64,000 nucleotides of DNA from Diplonema japonicum (GCA_964019335.1 OZ025760.1:62001-126000), one strand, 5' to 3'. Positions 24,226-39,890 are shown, counted from the stretch's first letter. The notes: generated from the letters alone by a model not told the origin. A program made the numbers and translations.

Positions 24226-25635
24226 CTATCGTGTAATGTAGTTCATCCTTCTCCGCCTCCTACTCAGCTTCCCAGCCACATACGGCATGCCTAACACATG
24301 CAGCTCCACACAAATATCTACCTTGTTCCTCCTCAGTGCTTGGTTCGTGACATCGACACCAATATAGTTCTTGTGGAGCAGGTACGCTTGCAGATCATCC
24401 CCGCTGAGCACAACCTTGGCATCAGCAAGCACGGCAGTGAAGCTGTCAGTGTGCATCGTGGAGTGCATTAGAATGGAATTATTATTCCTGTCACGAACAG
24501 TATGGATGCCAGGGGTGCTCAATGCAAATTGCAACACTTCTACAGAGTGGCGGGTCTTTACAGCATAAAAAGACGGTGGTCTCCCAGCCACGTCGGGAGA
24601 CGTGAGCAAAGAACGCAAGGCCTCTAGACCTGCCATACAATTCTCTTCTGCTACAAAACACGTTCCGAGGTAAAAATGAAGTGCTGTTCGACCCTTCACG
24701 TCTGTCATGTGTAGGTCGGCACCCTTTGATATTAAGTACGGGACCGTCACACCCCGTGCGCTGTTGCGTACAGCGTGCATTAGTGGTGTTGAGCCTTTCC
24801 GGTCTGTCACAGCTATGCGCACAGGGAAACTGTTCTCCGGGTCAAAAATTACGTTCAGATCGTCTTCGGTGAGCGGGCAGTACCGCAGCAGCAACATGAA
24901 CATCGTTGGGGACGCATTGCTGTCTGCCTTCCAATCCCCCAACCACAGCTCCTCTTCGCATCGAACGTTCAGATCGAATCCGTTACGGAGCAACATTTTG
25001 AAGCATTTTTTGTGGTCGTCGGTGTTCTGTTTGAAGCATTCCATCATCAGGTTCGGTGCATTGCGCACGACAGGCCCGATGCTGTCGATGATCCTGTCAA
25101 GCTTCTTCGGAGATGGGATGGCAAAGGCATGGAACGATTTGTGCTTTCGAAGGTTTTCCCCAAGGTGCGTGCAGTGTCGTACGATTTCCCTTATGACCGG
25201 GGGGGTGTCGTCGCCAACGATGGCTTCTCGTAATATCCGGATGCTGTTGGAAGGGTCTTCTCCTGCGGCGGAGATCTGTTCCAGGAGAACAAGTGCGTGC
25301 TCGAGAAAGGCCCAGTCCTTCCCCTGGACAATCTGCAGCAAGGGTTCAGTGAAGGTGGAAGCCTGCCACGGATCGATTTCTGCAAACACACCTTTCATCT
25401 CTACAGCTGCAAAGGTCACCCTGTCCAGTACCACCTCCAGCATCGTCCCCTCAACTACACCAGCCTCCGACACTGTGTCGTGCATGTCCAGTTCTTCGCC
25501 TTCGCACCTCACCTTTGTTATCTCCGCACTGTACCCTGCCTTCCGCACGATATCGCCGACTGTCCATGTGGAACCCTGTACTTCCACAGCCACAGTCCCT
25601 TTGTCGGGCGTTGCTACATAAGCAGTGTATGACAT
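24226..25635 (-). CDS. Ubiquitin-like domain plus ankyrin-repeat protein
   Basis: N-terminal Ubl-like segment (WTVGDI...LDMHDTVSEAGV); ankyrin motifs GSTPLMHAV and GRTALHF. Confidence 0.8.
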   Translation of the reverse strand: MSYTAYVATPDKGTVAVEVQGSTWTVGDIVRKAGYSAEITKVRCEGEELDMHDTVSEAGVVEGTMLEVVLDRVTFAAVEMKGVFAEIDPWQASTFTEPLLQIVQGKDWAFLEHALVLLEQISAAGEDPSNSIRILREAIVGDDTPPVIREIVRHCTHLGENLRKHKSFHAFAIPSPKKLDRIIDSIGPVVRNAPNLMMECFKQNTDDHKKCFKMLLRNGFDLNVRCEEELWLGDWKADSNASPTMFMLLLRYCPLTEDDLNVIFDPENSFPVRIAVTDRKGSTPLMHAVRNSARGVTVPYLISKGADLHMTDVKGRTALHFYLGTCFVAEENCMAGLEALRSLLTSPDVAGRPPSFYAVKTRHSVEVLQFALSTPGIHTVRDRNNNSILMHSTMHTDSFTAVLADAKVVLSGDDLQAYLLHKNYIGVDVTNQALRRNKVDICVELHVLGMPYVAGKLSRRRRRMNYITR

Positions 25636-25737
25636 GTAATGAGGGCAGCTGAGGTGTTTGAAGGGAAGGGAAGATGAGCAAAAAAAAGGGGGGGGGGGGG
25701 TGGGGGGAAAACACCAAAAAAAAGGGGGTCAGAATAT

Positions 25738-25774
<37 letters not shown>

Positions 25775-25796
25775 TAAAAAATTCGGTATTATACAA

Positions 25797-26378
25797 TTAG
25801 TTCCCTTGCTCGTCATTTTCTTCCTCGTCTTCACCGGAGCATAGCTCGTCTCTTAGGTGCCCGAAGCCGGACCATTCCGACTCTGCCTCAGTGTCGTAAC
25901 CGGCTATTCTTCCGAGCCGCCTAGCGCCTTTACAGAGGGCTGGGTGGCCCTGTCCGTCCTTAAGAACCTGAATGTGTATGGAGAGGGGGCACTCTGTGTT
26001 GTTAAACACGACAGAGAGAGGGTGGTCGCGAGCTCCTTCCTCGAAAGGTTGCAAACGAACGACGAGTCGGGCGTAGGTATTGGCTGGGAGGCGCTCTGTG
26101 GTGCACTCCACCACGGAAATGAACTCGGTAGGGCTGGTTACAGAGACGTTGCCTGCAGTGCCGTGGCAGTATCTCAAATCTAAGTAAACTACGAATTCGT
26201 ACTCTACAAGCTTGTGTACAAATCCAAAACTGGTGGAAAAACCATCATCTCCCCGGATTAGAACCTGTGGTGCCCGTTCTGCTGAGAACGTATCTTGGTC
26301 CCTCTTGTCCAGCCACAGCACCTCTCGTTTTTCTACCTCGTCGGGTGTACACACTATCACAGATCGCTGTCGTTTCAT
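25797..26378 (-). CDS. C20orf27/ADISSP (UPF0687)-like protein
   Basis: C-terminal VLKDGQGHPALCKG...DTEAESEWSGF resembles the family signature. The upstream ORF extension is homopolymer UTR. Confidence 0.65.
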   Translation of the reverse strand: MKRQRSVIVCTPDEVEKREVLWLDKRDQDTFSAERAPQVLIRGDDGFSTSFGFVHKLVEYEFVVYLDLRYCHGTAGNVSVTSPTEFISVVECTTERLPANTYARLVVRLQPFEEGARDHPLSVVFNNTECPLSIHIQVLKDGQGHPALCKGARRLGRIAGYDTEAESEWSGFGHLRDELCSGEDEEENDEQGN

Positions 26379-26786
26379 TTCCTCCCGTTTTGCTCCCCCT
26401 TCACCCCTCCTTTTTCTTATTTTTTTTTTAAAATTTCTTTTTAGAATAAAGGGAAGGGAAGTGGTAAAAAAAAAAAAAAAAAAAAAAAAGATGGGGATGG
26501 GGTAAAAAAAAAAACAAAAAAAAAAAAGCACAAAACAAAAAAAAAGCCAGGAGTAAAAAAAAAAAATAATAATGGGAAGGATGGCAGGGGGGGTACAAAA
26601 AAGAAGGGGGGAGGAAATGTAAAAAAAAAAAAAAAGGAAAAAAACGAAAAAAAGACATCAGCTTTTTTTTTCCCCTTCTCCCCCCCCCACTTTTTCTTTT
26701 ACAACGAAATATGTTTTTTTTTTTTTTTTCTTAAAAAACAAAATAAAAAGTAAAATAAAAAAAAACCCAAGGGCGGAAAAAAAAAT

Positions 26787-27410
26787 TAGCTATTTATTAA
26801 ATGAAAATCAGATAGCCTGATTTCACGCGTGGGGACCCCGCAAGTGAAATCATGCTCTGATTCAATACTGCATTTTATTTAATGATGAGCTGCTCTCGAA
26901 AAGAATTTAGGTGCTAAGTGTGGCTTCGCTGCTGCCTGCTTGTAGCGGTGCAATGCTCGAGTCTTTACTGAACACGGTACTGGGTTTGGTATGATCAATT
27001 CGGCGAATTAATGTTGACGTTTATGTCAAACGTGATTCTGTGCACTGTTGAAGAAGTGGGCTGTGTCGAAGGGGGCAGGGCTGAAGGGGGCGTGGGTTTG
27101 ATCGAGTGGTAGGTGCAAAACCTCTCCCACTCCTTCTTGTAGGCTATTTTGCTTGCCGTTGGAAGCATGTCTTCCATCACAGCTTTGGCCTCTTTCTCGA
27201 GGCTGATGCCCTTGGCTCGCTTCCCGGTCGCCTTCTCCCATTTTGCTAGAAATGACTGTGGGCGTGAAATAAAGTACCTGATTTTCACGCCCAGCAAAAT
27301 CAGCAACGTTTGGCTTAAAAACATGAGGAAAAAATCAGATACTTTATTTATAGGTCTGGGCGTGAAATAAAGTGAAACCTGATTTAGAGAGCTGCTCAGA
27401 ATTAAATAAA
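26787..27410 (-). mobile_element. Internally deleted Crypton-like element with YR N-terminal fragment
   Basis: tagctatttatt left end with hairpin; ttttatttaatgatgagctgctctc inverted at the right end; ORF piece MLPTASKIAYKKEWERF. Confidence 0.65.
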
Positions 27411-27648
27411 AAAATTAAAAAAAAACCCCACCATTTCCCCCCCCCCCCCAATTTTTTCCCCCTCTTCTTTTCATCTTTCTATAGTCGTACATTGGGGATA
27501 AAAAAAAAAGGGGCGAAACTATATCTTAAGCCGGAGGAAAATAAACAAAAAAAAAAAAAGAAAAAAAAAAAAAAAAAAACACTCAAAAAAAAAAAAAAAA
27601 AAGAAAAAAAGGGTGATTGAAACAAAAAAAAGAAAAAAATCCCTCCTT

Positions 27649-30472
27649 CTACACGAAAGCAGCTGTCATCAGCTCAGTGTGCTCCATCTCGTGTAGGACG
27701 GAGAGACCGGTCGCAGGGGCGGCAGATGGACGGCGCCCGTTGAAAACAATGGCTCTGGGGTCTTCGATCTCCTCAAGGATGTTTTCAATACGGACCTCCG
27801 CGTACAACCACGCTCCCATGTTCTTGGATTCTTCCTGGCACCACTGCAGCTCCGCGTTGGGGTATTTCTTAAAAGTGGCCTCGACCTCGTTCCACGGGAA
27901 GGGTGACAGCTGCTCAACCCTTACAAGCGCAATGTCTTCAACGTTATTCTTCTTCTTGTAAGCGTTCAACGCAAACCAAATCTGCCCTGAGCACAATATC
28001 AACTTTCGAATTTTTTCAGGCTCGACCACATCCTTGTCGTCAATCACTGGGAGGAATTCGGTAGGCGGCGTAAAATCAGCCAACGAAGATACATTAGGAG
28101 CACGCAGAGTACTCTTCGCAAAGAACACAATCAACGGCTTTCTAAAATCCCTGTGAACCTGCCTTCTCAACACATGGAAATACTGCGCCGGGGTAGTCGG
28201 ATAGCACACCTGCCAGTTGCATTGTTGAATCCCCTGTACAGGGTCAATATGCGGGTTCTCTTCCGGTTCCGCCGTCATTTGCAAAAACCTCTCCAGCCTC
28301 CCTGAAGAATGCTCAGGGCCTGCACCGTCGTATCCGTGAGGAAGGTTCACCACCAACCCTGACTGACGGAACCACTTAACTTCACCAGCCGACAAGAATT
28401 GATCGAAAATGACCTGCGCGGTGTTCGCGAAATCTCCAAACTGCGCCTCCCAAATGACAAGCTGGTTCGGGGATTCTGAATTGAACCCAACTTCGAACCC
28501 AAGCACACCAAATTCCGACAGTGAACTGTTCTGAATCGTCACATCAGAGTTGCACCCCTCGAACTCCCTCAATGGCATCAGTTTTTCACCAGTAGCCTGA
28601 TCGTGAAGTACTGAATGCCTCTGCGAGAATGTCCCTCGTTCCACATCCTGTCCGGAAAGACGGACATGGTTGCCCTCGGCAAGGAGGGTTGCGAATGCAA
28701 GCGATTCTGCAGTCGGCCAGTCGATTCCCTGTCCAGCCTTGATGCTCTCTCCTCTTGCCTCGATGATCCTCTTCACAACGCCATGCGGTTTGAAACCGGC
28801 GGGGAAGGTTGTCAGCTGTCTTCCGAGATCGGTTAGAACCTCCGCGCTTTTGGCTGTCGGGTTGATACGAGCCAGCTGCGTCGGGGATTTGAAGCCTTTC
28901 CAGAAGGATTCCAACCATTCCGCTCTGGGGGAGCGGCCTTGGTATTGGTACTGGTCCAGGTTTTTGAAGTCCTCCTTGAGCAGTTCGTTCACCTTTGCGG
29001 TCTCCGCTTCAATGTCCTCCCTTGTAAGGATGCCATCTTCAACAAGCTTATCACCATAGATCTTCAATTGGGTAGGATGCGCCGCGATCTTCTTGTACAT
29101 TGAAGGCTGCGTGAAAAGAGGTTCGTCGGACTCGTTGTGCCCGTACCTCCTGTAGCAGATGAGGTCGATGATTACGTCTTGCTGGTACTTTGCTCTCCAT
29201 TCTGCCGCGAGTTTGAAGACCTTGATGACCTCAGCAGTGGCGTCAGCGTTCACGTGGAAGATGGGTGCACCGAAAGCCTTCCCGAGGTCAGAGCAGTAAG
29301 GTGTGCTCCTTGACGAGATCGGGTCGGTGGTAAACCCGATCTGGTTGTTGACAATGATGTGGATGGTGCCGCCCACGTCGTACTCCTTCAGGTCCGACAG
29401 GCCCATCGACTCGAAGCACACTCCCTGTCCTGCGAAGGCAGCGTCGCCGTGCATGACGATCGACATAACGCTCTTCTTCCCGTCTTCGTCGCCCTTTCCT
29501 CTGAACAGTTGCTTGGCTTTGGTCTTCCCTTGTACCACAGGGGCAACGGCTTCCAAGTGAGAAGGGTTCGCGGCCAGAGAGATAGACATGTCCTGTCCGC
29601 TGCGCATTTTCTTCTTCTGCGTGAAACCCAAGTGGTACTTTACATCTCCTGAACCGAATTCCAATGATTCCATGTGCCCTCCTGAACCCTGGAATTCACC
29701 GAATATTGCCCCGAAAGGCTTTCCTGCGAGGTTTGCCAGGACGTTCAGTCTGCCTCTGTGGGGCATGCCCAGGACAACGGCTTCAACGCCAAGCTCGGAA
29801 GACTTCTCGAGAAGTTCTGACATGGCAGGGATGAGGACCTCAGCCCCGTCGAGACCGAACCTCTTCACGTTGCTGAACTTGATCTGCAAGAACTTCTCGA
29901 ACAGCTCGGCCCTGGCCAGGTGGTGGAAGATCTCCCTGTGGTCAAGCGTGACCCTCTGCTCGTCGGGGGTCTCGATCCGCTTCCGCAGCCACAAGAGCTG
30001 CTTGGCATCGTGAATGTGCATGTACTCCCAGCCCACCTTCCCAGCATAGATGTTTCTCAACGTGGTGTACAGCTGCCTTAATGTCATGGGCTCCTGGTTA
30101 AGTGCAAGCAGCCCACCAACCTTATCGCTGACCGCAAGGTGGATGACCTGTACAGGATTTTTTTTTTCCCCCCCCCCATACTTGGTCGAGTTCTGAATCG
30201 GAAAACCCGAAGTCGGCCGGGTGGAACAGGGGTCGGTCGCTTACCTTAGCAGATCCGGGTCTTCTCTTCAAACCCTCTCCTTCCAGTTTCAGCGGGTCGA
30301 GGTCGGCGAGGCGGTGGCCTCTAACCGCCCATAGACGGAGCATCCACCCAACCCTCATGGCGTTGAGGACAGACCTGGGGGTGTTGGAGGCAGCGCTGCT
30401 GGACTTTGAGGAGATGGGTCGGAGGTTCTCCGGCATGATGGGCTCAGAAGTGTCGGTGACTACTGACTGTTT

Positions 30473-30508
<36 letters not shown>

Positions 30509-30730
30509 TTGTTGTTTGTGTACCTTTTCGAATAGGTCTTTCACTTCTTCTGAAACGGAAGTGGGGTCTTCGCACCACTGGTCGAACATCCTGTCCAAGT
30601 AGTCCCCGTTTGCACCGGAGAACAGATTGTCGAATGCATGAAGCGAGACCCTATCTGTCTTTGCGCTGTTCGCCCTCAACGCCCTCCCTAATCCTCCCAA
30701 CTTGGAGGCGGTTTTTGCTGCCCGCAGCAT
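27649..30730 (-). CDS. OGDH: 2-oxoglutarate dehydrogenase E1, mitochondrial, 3 exons
   Basis: KRFGLDG, GMPHRGRLN, GDVKYHLG, HGDAAFAGQG, WEAQFGDF and GPEHSS. Introns 30467-30523 and 30148-30181; Arg-rich transit peptide. Confidence 0.97.
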
Positions 30731-31539
30731 TTTTATTTTTATTTTTCTGTTTTTTTTTCCGATAAGAGAGAAAAAAAAAAAAAAAAAAAGAAGAAGAAAA
30801 AGAAAATATTACGAGGGGCTAAAAAGGATGGTTAGAGGCAACGGGAGTAAGAATTGGGAATTTTTCCTTTTTTTTTTTTTTGCTTCTTTGTTTTTTTTTT
30901 CTCGGAAAGATGGGGGTGCTTTTTTTTTCCCGCTCTTTCCTTTTATCTTCCCCAATCGTTCACCCTGAGGGCTTAAAAATCTTCTTTCCCCCCCCCCCTT
31001 TCCTTATCGGCATTTTTTTTTTAAAAACAAGGGGGAAGAGTGCAGCCTCTATAGTTCCTGTTTTTTTTTTTTTTTTTTTCCTTCCCACTCGTATTTACGG
31101 ACTTGCAAAGAAAAAAAAAAAAGAAATAGAAAAAGAAAAGAAAAGTAAAAAGAAAACAATAAGGGAAATTAACCATCGAGAAATAGAAGGCAGGGGGACA
31201 GCTTCCACCATTCTTCTTTTCTCTCTTTTTTTTTTCTTTTTTTTTTTTTTTTTTTTTTTTTTCCCTTCTTGTCTTCATTCTCTTAATGGGGATAGACCGG
31301 CAATTTTCTTGTACCTGCGGTAGGCCCTTTCGCGAGGATTTCTTCTCCATTTTATTATTCATTTTGGTTTCAAGCTGCGGGTCTGTTTGATCTCGATAAT
31401 AAGAGCTGTGTGGTCGGGCCATTGAGCAGTTCTACTTGGGCAATCAGTTTTCCATCCTCCCTTTCCCGAGCCCTGCACCGAGAGAACTCTACAGCAGTGG
31501 GTCAAAAAATGCAGTTTCAGCAGTTGGACGAAAAAAAAA

Positions 31540-32536
31540 TAGCTATTTATTTGCAACAAATTATGGCCATAATTTACTCGAGAATCGTGGGTTTTTTGGC
31601 CGAGGGCCCGCAGGGCCCGAGGTCAAAAAATAAACGGTTCGAGAGTAAATGGGATGGCCATATTTTGGTGCAAAGTAAGTAATTTTATCTGATAGTTCAG
31701 AAATTGAGTCACTCCGATTGACCGAGAAAGTGGGCCAAAAACCCAAATTATGAGCTATCAACTGTCAATAATAGCTATCAAATTATGAAAAACGGCCTAT
31801 TTTCAGCTGATTCAGGCGGAAGTGCGGTGACCCTACACATTTTTTAGTCCCCCAGGCAACCCCGTTGACCTGCGATATTGCATTTTTCCAGGTTATAGTT
31901 CTCCGTTACACGAAGACCCCCGAAGAAACCGCATACGAACAAAGCCCGTACAGTAAGAAGCGGTTCAGCGGCTCAGACCCAGGTCACTCCATAGACATGA
32001 GCTCCGCTCCTCGAGATCCTCCCGTTCGAAAGTAGATGCTTTCGTCGGGGGCCCTTGTTCTTCAGCAAGCGCTTGCAAAAAAGTTTGACACGGTCCCATT
32101 CCCCAACCTTCTGGTTGCACTTTTCCTTAAAAACTGCCCTTATCTGGGAGTACTTGGTTCAAAGAGAAGTAGGGGGCAGCGCCGTTTTTCTTCAGCTTCC
32201 TAAGATGAGCGACTTTAGTCGGTTCTTCGTCTTTGTCCCATGAAAGTCAACCCATGTTTTCAGGTACTGTGCTTTGCTTATTTCGGGTAGAAGACTCTCT
32301 TCTTTCTTCGTTTTCGGCATTTGATGATCTTGAGCCCAAATGTGTTAAAAAGAATTTCACTCTGCCCCCAATAATGTCACTTTCCTATAATTTGGCAGCC
32401 ACGGGCCATAAACACCTAAATCCTGCTCATAATTGAGCTATCAAATTATAGCCCGGATTATCAAATTATGAGAGGGGGGTAATTAGATTATAGGGGGGGT
32501 TAGGAGTGAAGAAATTTCTGAACTATCAGATATAAA
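31540..32536 (-). mobile_element. Crypton-like element with a pseudogenised tyrosine recombinase
   Basis: Minus-strand fragments ESLLPEISKAQYLKTWVDF, PTSL*TKYSQIRA, PTKASTFEREDL and ALFVCGFFGGLRVTENYNL (YR G-x-R-x-x-E box). Hairpin gagggcccgcagggcccgag; tatctgatagttcagaaatt inverted at the right end. Confidence 0.75.
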
Positions 32537-33039
32537 AAAAAAAAAGGGATCCAGAAATCGGCCAAAAAAATACCGCAGGTCTAACGGAAAAAACCTCCAT
32601 TTTGAACCGGGGGGGCTGTCTTAATCCAAAGAATGTTTTAAAAAAATTGATTTTAAAATCCCCGGCGAAATTCGACCTTACCTCTCTAAGCACTTTTGAG
32701 AAAGCCTTCTTGGGCCATCAGTGTTGAGGCAGTTTTTGCACCCATCTTTCAAATTTAATTCGTAACCCCCCTTTTTTTTTTCTTCTTTTGCAGCCCATTT
32801 TCTGAGCCCGTTCTAATGGGTTTCCCTTTGTTCTTCTTCCTTTACCATTTTCTGGAAAAAAAAATAAAATAGAAAAGCGAAATTAATCATGTTAACCGAC
32901 AATAGGAAAGAAAGTGTGCCCACAAACAGAATAATGTGCACACCACACGGAAATAAAAGGAGGGGGGGTTCGCCTTTTAAGAAAAAAAAATTTAATTTAA
33001 CAAAAAAAAAAAAAAAAAAAAAAACAATTCCTCTATTCA

Positions 33040-35088
<2,049 letters not shown>

Positions 35089-36553
35089 TCAATGGGGTCT
35101 TAATAAAGAAGAGGAAAAGGCCTTTGATGGGGGGGTTTTTTTTTGTGGGATTATTTCATGGGTTGAGATTTGAAGAAAAAAAAAAAGAAAAAAAACGAAG
35201 ATTTGACCAAAGGGGGGGGGGTTCATATGGCATAATTTATCGTTTTGGTTGCCGCTAAGGTGGGGCACTCGCCTCCCTTTAAGAAAGAAAGAAGAAAAAA
35301 CAAAAAGTCTTTGGCACCTCCAAAGTGATCATACTTAACTCACCTCTCTTTAATTACAGAGTGGGTTTCATCATTTCAACTGCTTTTTCTTTTCTTCCCT
35401 CCTGTTGGGTCTTCCACCCTACAGCAAAGGGATAAGAAAAAAGATCACAATGAGAGGGGGAAAAAAAAGAGGGGGGGGGGGGGGGGGGGGGGGTTGTGAA
35501 AGCAACCTCACACCGAAATAATCGATCCAATCTTATGAGTCTTTCCCTTCTGGGGGTCTACCCGCGGATGGTCCCCAGATGGCGTTTATATCTTCCTATC
35601 CTTTTCTTTTTTCTTTTCGGTAACATTCTTTCAGGTGGATATGGGGGGGGATACAAAAATGACACTCTTTCATGTTTCTTCTTTTTTTTTTTTTTTTTTT
35701 TCCCCTTTATTTTTAGTATCTTTCTTTTCTTTTCTTTTCTTTCTTTTTTTTTTATATTTTCTGTTTATTGTTCATAGCTCTTTCTCTTTCCTTTTTTTTT
35801 TTTTTTTTTTTTTTTTTTCCCCTCCTTTCCCGCCGCCACCAATGAGAGAGCAAATTTCACTTAATACCCAAGAAAACTGCCGAAAATTTAACTTACCCAG
35901 GGAAGAAGAAAAAAATAGTCCAGAATTACTCGGAAAAAAAAAAAAAAAAAAGAAAAAAAGAAAAAAAAAAAAAAGAAAAAGAGACATTTAAGGGTACCTG
36001 CGGTATGTGACAGGACGCCTCCAAAAAATACTGTAAAGTGAAAAATGTCGGACATCCCGGACGCCAAAATAACCCGGATGTTTGTCAGCCCGGGAGGAGC
36101 CCCTGCGTGGGGATAGGCCGGGTAGGATGAGGACCTTGGAGGCACTATTTCATCAACCAGGGGTACAAAGATTGAGCAAGGTTTTTCACCATGGAAGTCA
36201 GGGCCCTGATCGTTTGTCCGTTCAGGTGTTTTCCACAGTAATTCAGAACTAACTTAACTAACCTTTTTGTGCACAAAGTGGATTTAAGCACTTTACTTGG
36301 TTACTACTTTCAGTACACAGATGTTTACCTGTGTAGCCTCAACAGTTAATCAGTAGCATTGTTCACAATAAAAAAACAAGGAAGGGAGGCCCATCAGGTA
36401 GGGTGTGAATAGTGTTCTCTTCCCCGGCAACGCTGGATAGCGAGCATTCTCCTTTTCCCTTTCTTTTTTCCTTTTTTTTGGGGGGGGGATGGAGGAAAAA
36501 AAAAGAAACATCAGAAGAAGAAAAAAAAAAAAAAAAAACAATTCCTCTATTCA

Positions 36554-37299
36554 TTAGCTAAGCATCCCTTCGTTGGATGGGACCGAAGGGCCCAAGGCAG
36601 GTGAGTAGCGAAGGGTGGGGCTGATCGGGGTGAGGGTCTTCTCGTCATCCGGGTAGGTCGTGCTCCCATTCACACTTCCGCTCTCGCCATACTTCTTCGC
36701 TTGCTCGAGGTCTTTGAAGGACAGCTGAAGGATCATAAGAGGGGACTCCAAAACCCTGCAGTCGAAGTCTGACTTGATGCTCGACCCTTCCCTGAGGACC
36801 CTTGCCCCGAGGAAGGTGTTGGGGCCGTACTCTGCCCTCAGCTTCTCTTCCCCTGCAATCGCTTCCACCTTTCCGTCGAAGATGAATGTGAAGTACTCCA
36901 GCGGCTTCCCCTTGCGGTACACCCACACGTTCTCAGGAGCTTCCAAGAGTTTCGGTGCCTCGCGCTGCGGGAGGCGGATCTCCTTCACCCCTGCGTTCAT
37001 CACCATGTTGTACAGCTGGTCGTACGACAGCATCGCCAGAGGGTCCGACAGGGAGCTCTCCAGGTACTTCGTCACTGCTTTACCTTGGTCCGTTGTGAGC
37101 CTTGTCCTGACGTGCTTCAGGAGCCCGATGGGCATCGTGTTCACCCTGACAGTCTTCTTCAGCCTGTGCGCCCCGATGTCCTCGTAGCAGTCGTGCTCAT
37201 CCACGATCTCCTCTCCGACAAGCTGCTCGATCACATCCTCCAGTGTCACCACCCCCACCACGTCGATCGTGGGGTCGCCAGCCTCTTTCGTGAATGTCT

Positions 37300-37331
<32 letters not shown>

Positions 37332-37576
37332 TTTTCAGACACACCTCAGTCACCATCGCAATGTGCGACTTCCCCCTCCTGAAGGTATCCAGCACCCTGT
37401 CAAGCTTCGTGTTCTTGTCGAGCATGATAGGCATTCTGGGGGGAAAATATGCATTTGGCCATCCCACCCCACATACCCACGGCTGTAGAAGCTCAGAATC
37501 TGTGCCACAGTGACCTTGTCCTCAACACGGACAGTGATCAAGTCCTTTGCGTAGAGGACACCAACATACGTTTCCC

Positions 37577-37674
<98 letters not shown>

Positions 37675-38567
37675 AAGCAATACCTCTCTTTCCCCACCTG
37701 CTCAGGATTGGGCGAAAGCTCCACCACAGGGATCCTAGAGTGACCGCGACGCCAGATCTCGGTGAGGCACTCCATCGTGAGGACGGTGTTGAGCTCCAAC
37801 TTGAAAGTCTTGTCGTCTGCCGTCATGACAGACTCGACGGTGGTCTTCTGCATGTCGAGTGCACGGGAAATCATCTTGAACTCAGACTTCTCCAACTTGT
37901 CCTCGTGGAGGTGCTGCCACAGAAGCTGCTTGATCTCCTGCTTGTCGTAGATCTGCCCAGCGTCACCCCCGATGGTGCGGTCGAGCATCATGGCGATGGG
38001 CTTTGCGAAGATGTACAACACGAACATGAAGAAGGAGACCAGGGGGATGGACTTCGAGCCGATGTACAGGGCGTGCTTGGAGCATGTTGCTTGGGGCACG
38101 ATCTCACCGAAGATCACAATGAAGACGGTGGAGAAGATGAACCCAAGGAGACCGTTGGTCACGCCAGCCAGCAGGATGGGGATCATCACATTCACCATCA
38201 CATTCCCCAAGAGCAAGGTGCACAGCAGCAGGTTCCCATCCTCACGCAAGGGTATGATCCTCTGGGCGTATTCTCGTGTGGGGGAAGTCCCTGCTTCGGC
38301 AATGGCCTTCAAGGCCATCGAGTCCAACCCGAGAAGACCCAAGGTCAGCCCACTGAAGCATCCACTAAGAGCCAGCAGGACCGCACCCATCGAGATGCTT
38401 AACGGCAAAGGAAGCCCTGATGAGGAGTTATCCACGGGCGGTGCGTAGGGTGCACACTCGCAGCACTCAGTTTCGTTCTTCTGCAGCACCTCTGCTGCGG
38501 CTACAGTGCCCCCGCCCGCCAAAGCGGCCAAACATAAGATAGTCACATACCAGTGAGTTTTTACCAT
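36554..38567 (-). CDS. CNNM: CNNM-family metal transporter, copy 2, 4 exons
   Basis: Near-identical to copy 1 with the same three introns. Differs near the C-terminus (YGESGS vs FGGSSS; SNEG vs SKEG) and in repeat lengths. Confidence 0.93.
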
Positions 38568-38820
38568 TCAATGGGGTCTTAATAAAGAAGAGGAAAAGGC
38601 CTGGTATGCTGTTTCTTGGAAAAAGAAAATATATGGATAGCAAAGATAAAAAAAAAAGGAGAAAAAAAAAAGGGGGGTGCAAAAAAATGATTATGGTGAG
38701 AACAAAGTTGATTACTGATAGGAGGCAGGGGGGGGGGGGGGGGGAATGTGATTGGAAAAAAAAAAAGAAGAAAAAAAAAATAGGGAAAAAAAAAATAGGG
38801 AAAAAAAAAAATTGATTTCA

Positions 38821-39551
38821 TTAACGCCTCTTTCTCTGTGATACTTTTGACTTTTTCGCTCCCATTGATTTGACCAGGTTCTTTGGGGTTTTCGCTTTTT
38901 TCTTTGCTGAGCTGTCGAATTTCCCCATGGAAGCTGTCGCAAGCTTTGCTGTAGTGCTGTCGATGTCGGCCATCTTTGATGTGTCGGCCGCTCTTCTCTG
39001 GTTGGCTTCTTCCCTCTTCTTCTGCTTTTTGACCCTTTCATTTCGTTCCATCTGTGCATCAAGGAATGCGTCACCCCCTTCCACCTTCGGGACGTAGTTG
39101 TCTGGCACCTCTCTGAGCCAGTCCCTCTCACGGTCGTCCTTCCGTCTCTTGGCACCGTAGGTGGCCACCCATTCGCCTCTCTCCTCGTCGAATTCCCTCT
39201 TGGCAGTTTTTCTCGTTTTGATACCCTTTTCTTTTTTAAATTCTTCCCATTTTGTAAGGTCCTTCTCCTTCGGGGGTGGCTTTTCCCTCGGGATCTGCGT
39301 GCTCGGGTAGGGCAGCGTCGCCTTTGAGATTTTTTTTTTTTTCTTTTTTTTTGTCATACCAGCCTCCCACCGTCCACCTTTTCGCTCGGCAGCCCGAACA
39401 GTTCCGCCACCAATAATTGGGTGTCCTTTTCAGCATTTTGCAAAAGCACGTCCTCGCTGAATGATGTGTAGTGTGTCTTGTTCAGCAGCATCATGTTTCC
39501 CAAATCCATGGAGATCTCCTCCGGGATGCTACTCTTCGCAACTTCTGTCAT
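38821..39551 (-). CDS. RRS1: Ribosome biogenesis regulatory protein RRS1, 2 exons
   Basis: DLGNM, TQLLVAELFGLP, IPREKPPP, TKWEEF and ATASMGKFD; intron 39322-39359. Confidence 0.93.
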
Positions 39552-39859
39552 TTTCTTTTCTTTTTTTTTTTTCCTGTGATTACTACTACGAGAAGGAGGG
39601 AGGGGGAAAGAAGAAGAAAGAAGAACCATAGACCGCAGTCAAGAGTCATACAAGCAACTTTCAGGAGAAAAAAAAAGAGAGAGAGAAAAAAAAGGGGGGG
39701 GGAGTTTTTTTTTTTGTAAAATTTGAGGCCAATTGAAGTTCATAGAACGGGGGCTCTAAAACAATGATGCGATTGACTACTGCGGAGAAAAAAAAAAAAA
39801 AAACAAACAATCGGAAGGCAAAAAAAAAAAAAATCAGAAACTGGAAAGTCTCTTTTATC

Positions 39860-39890
<31 letters not shown>

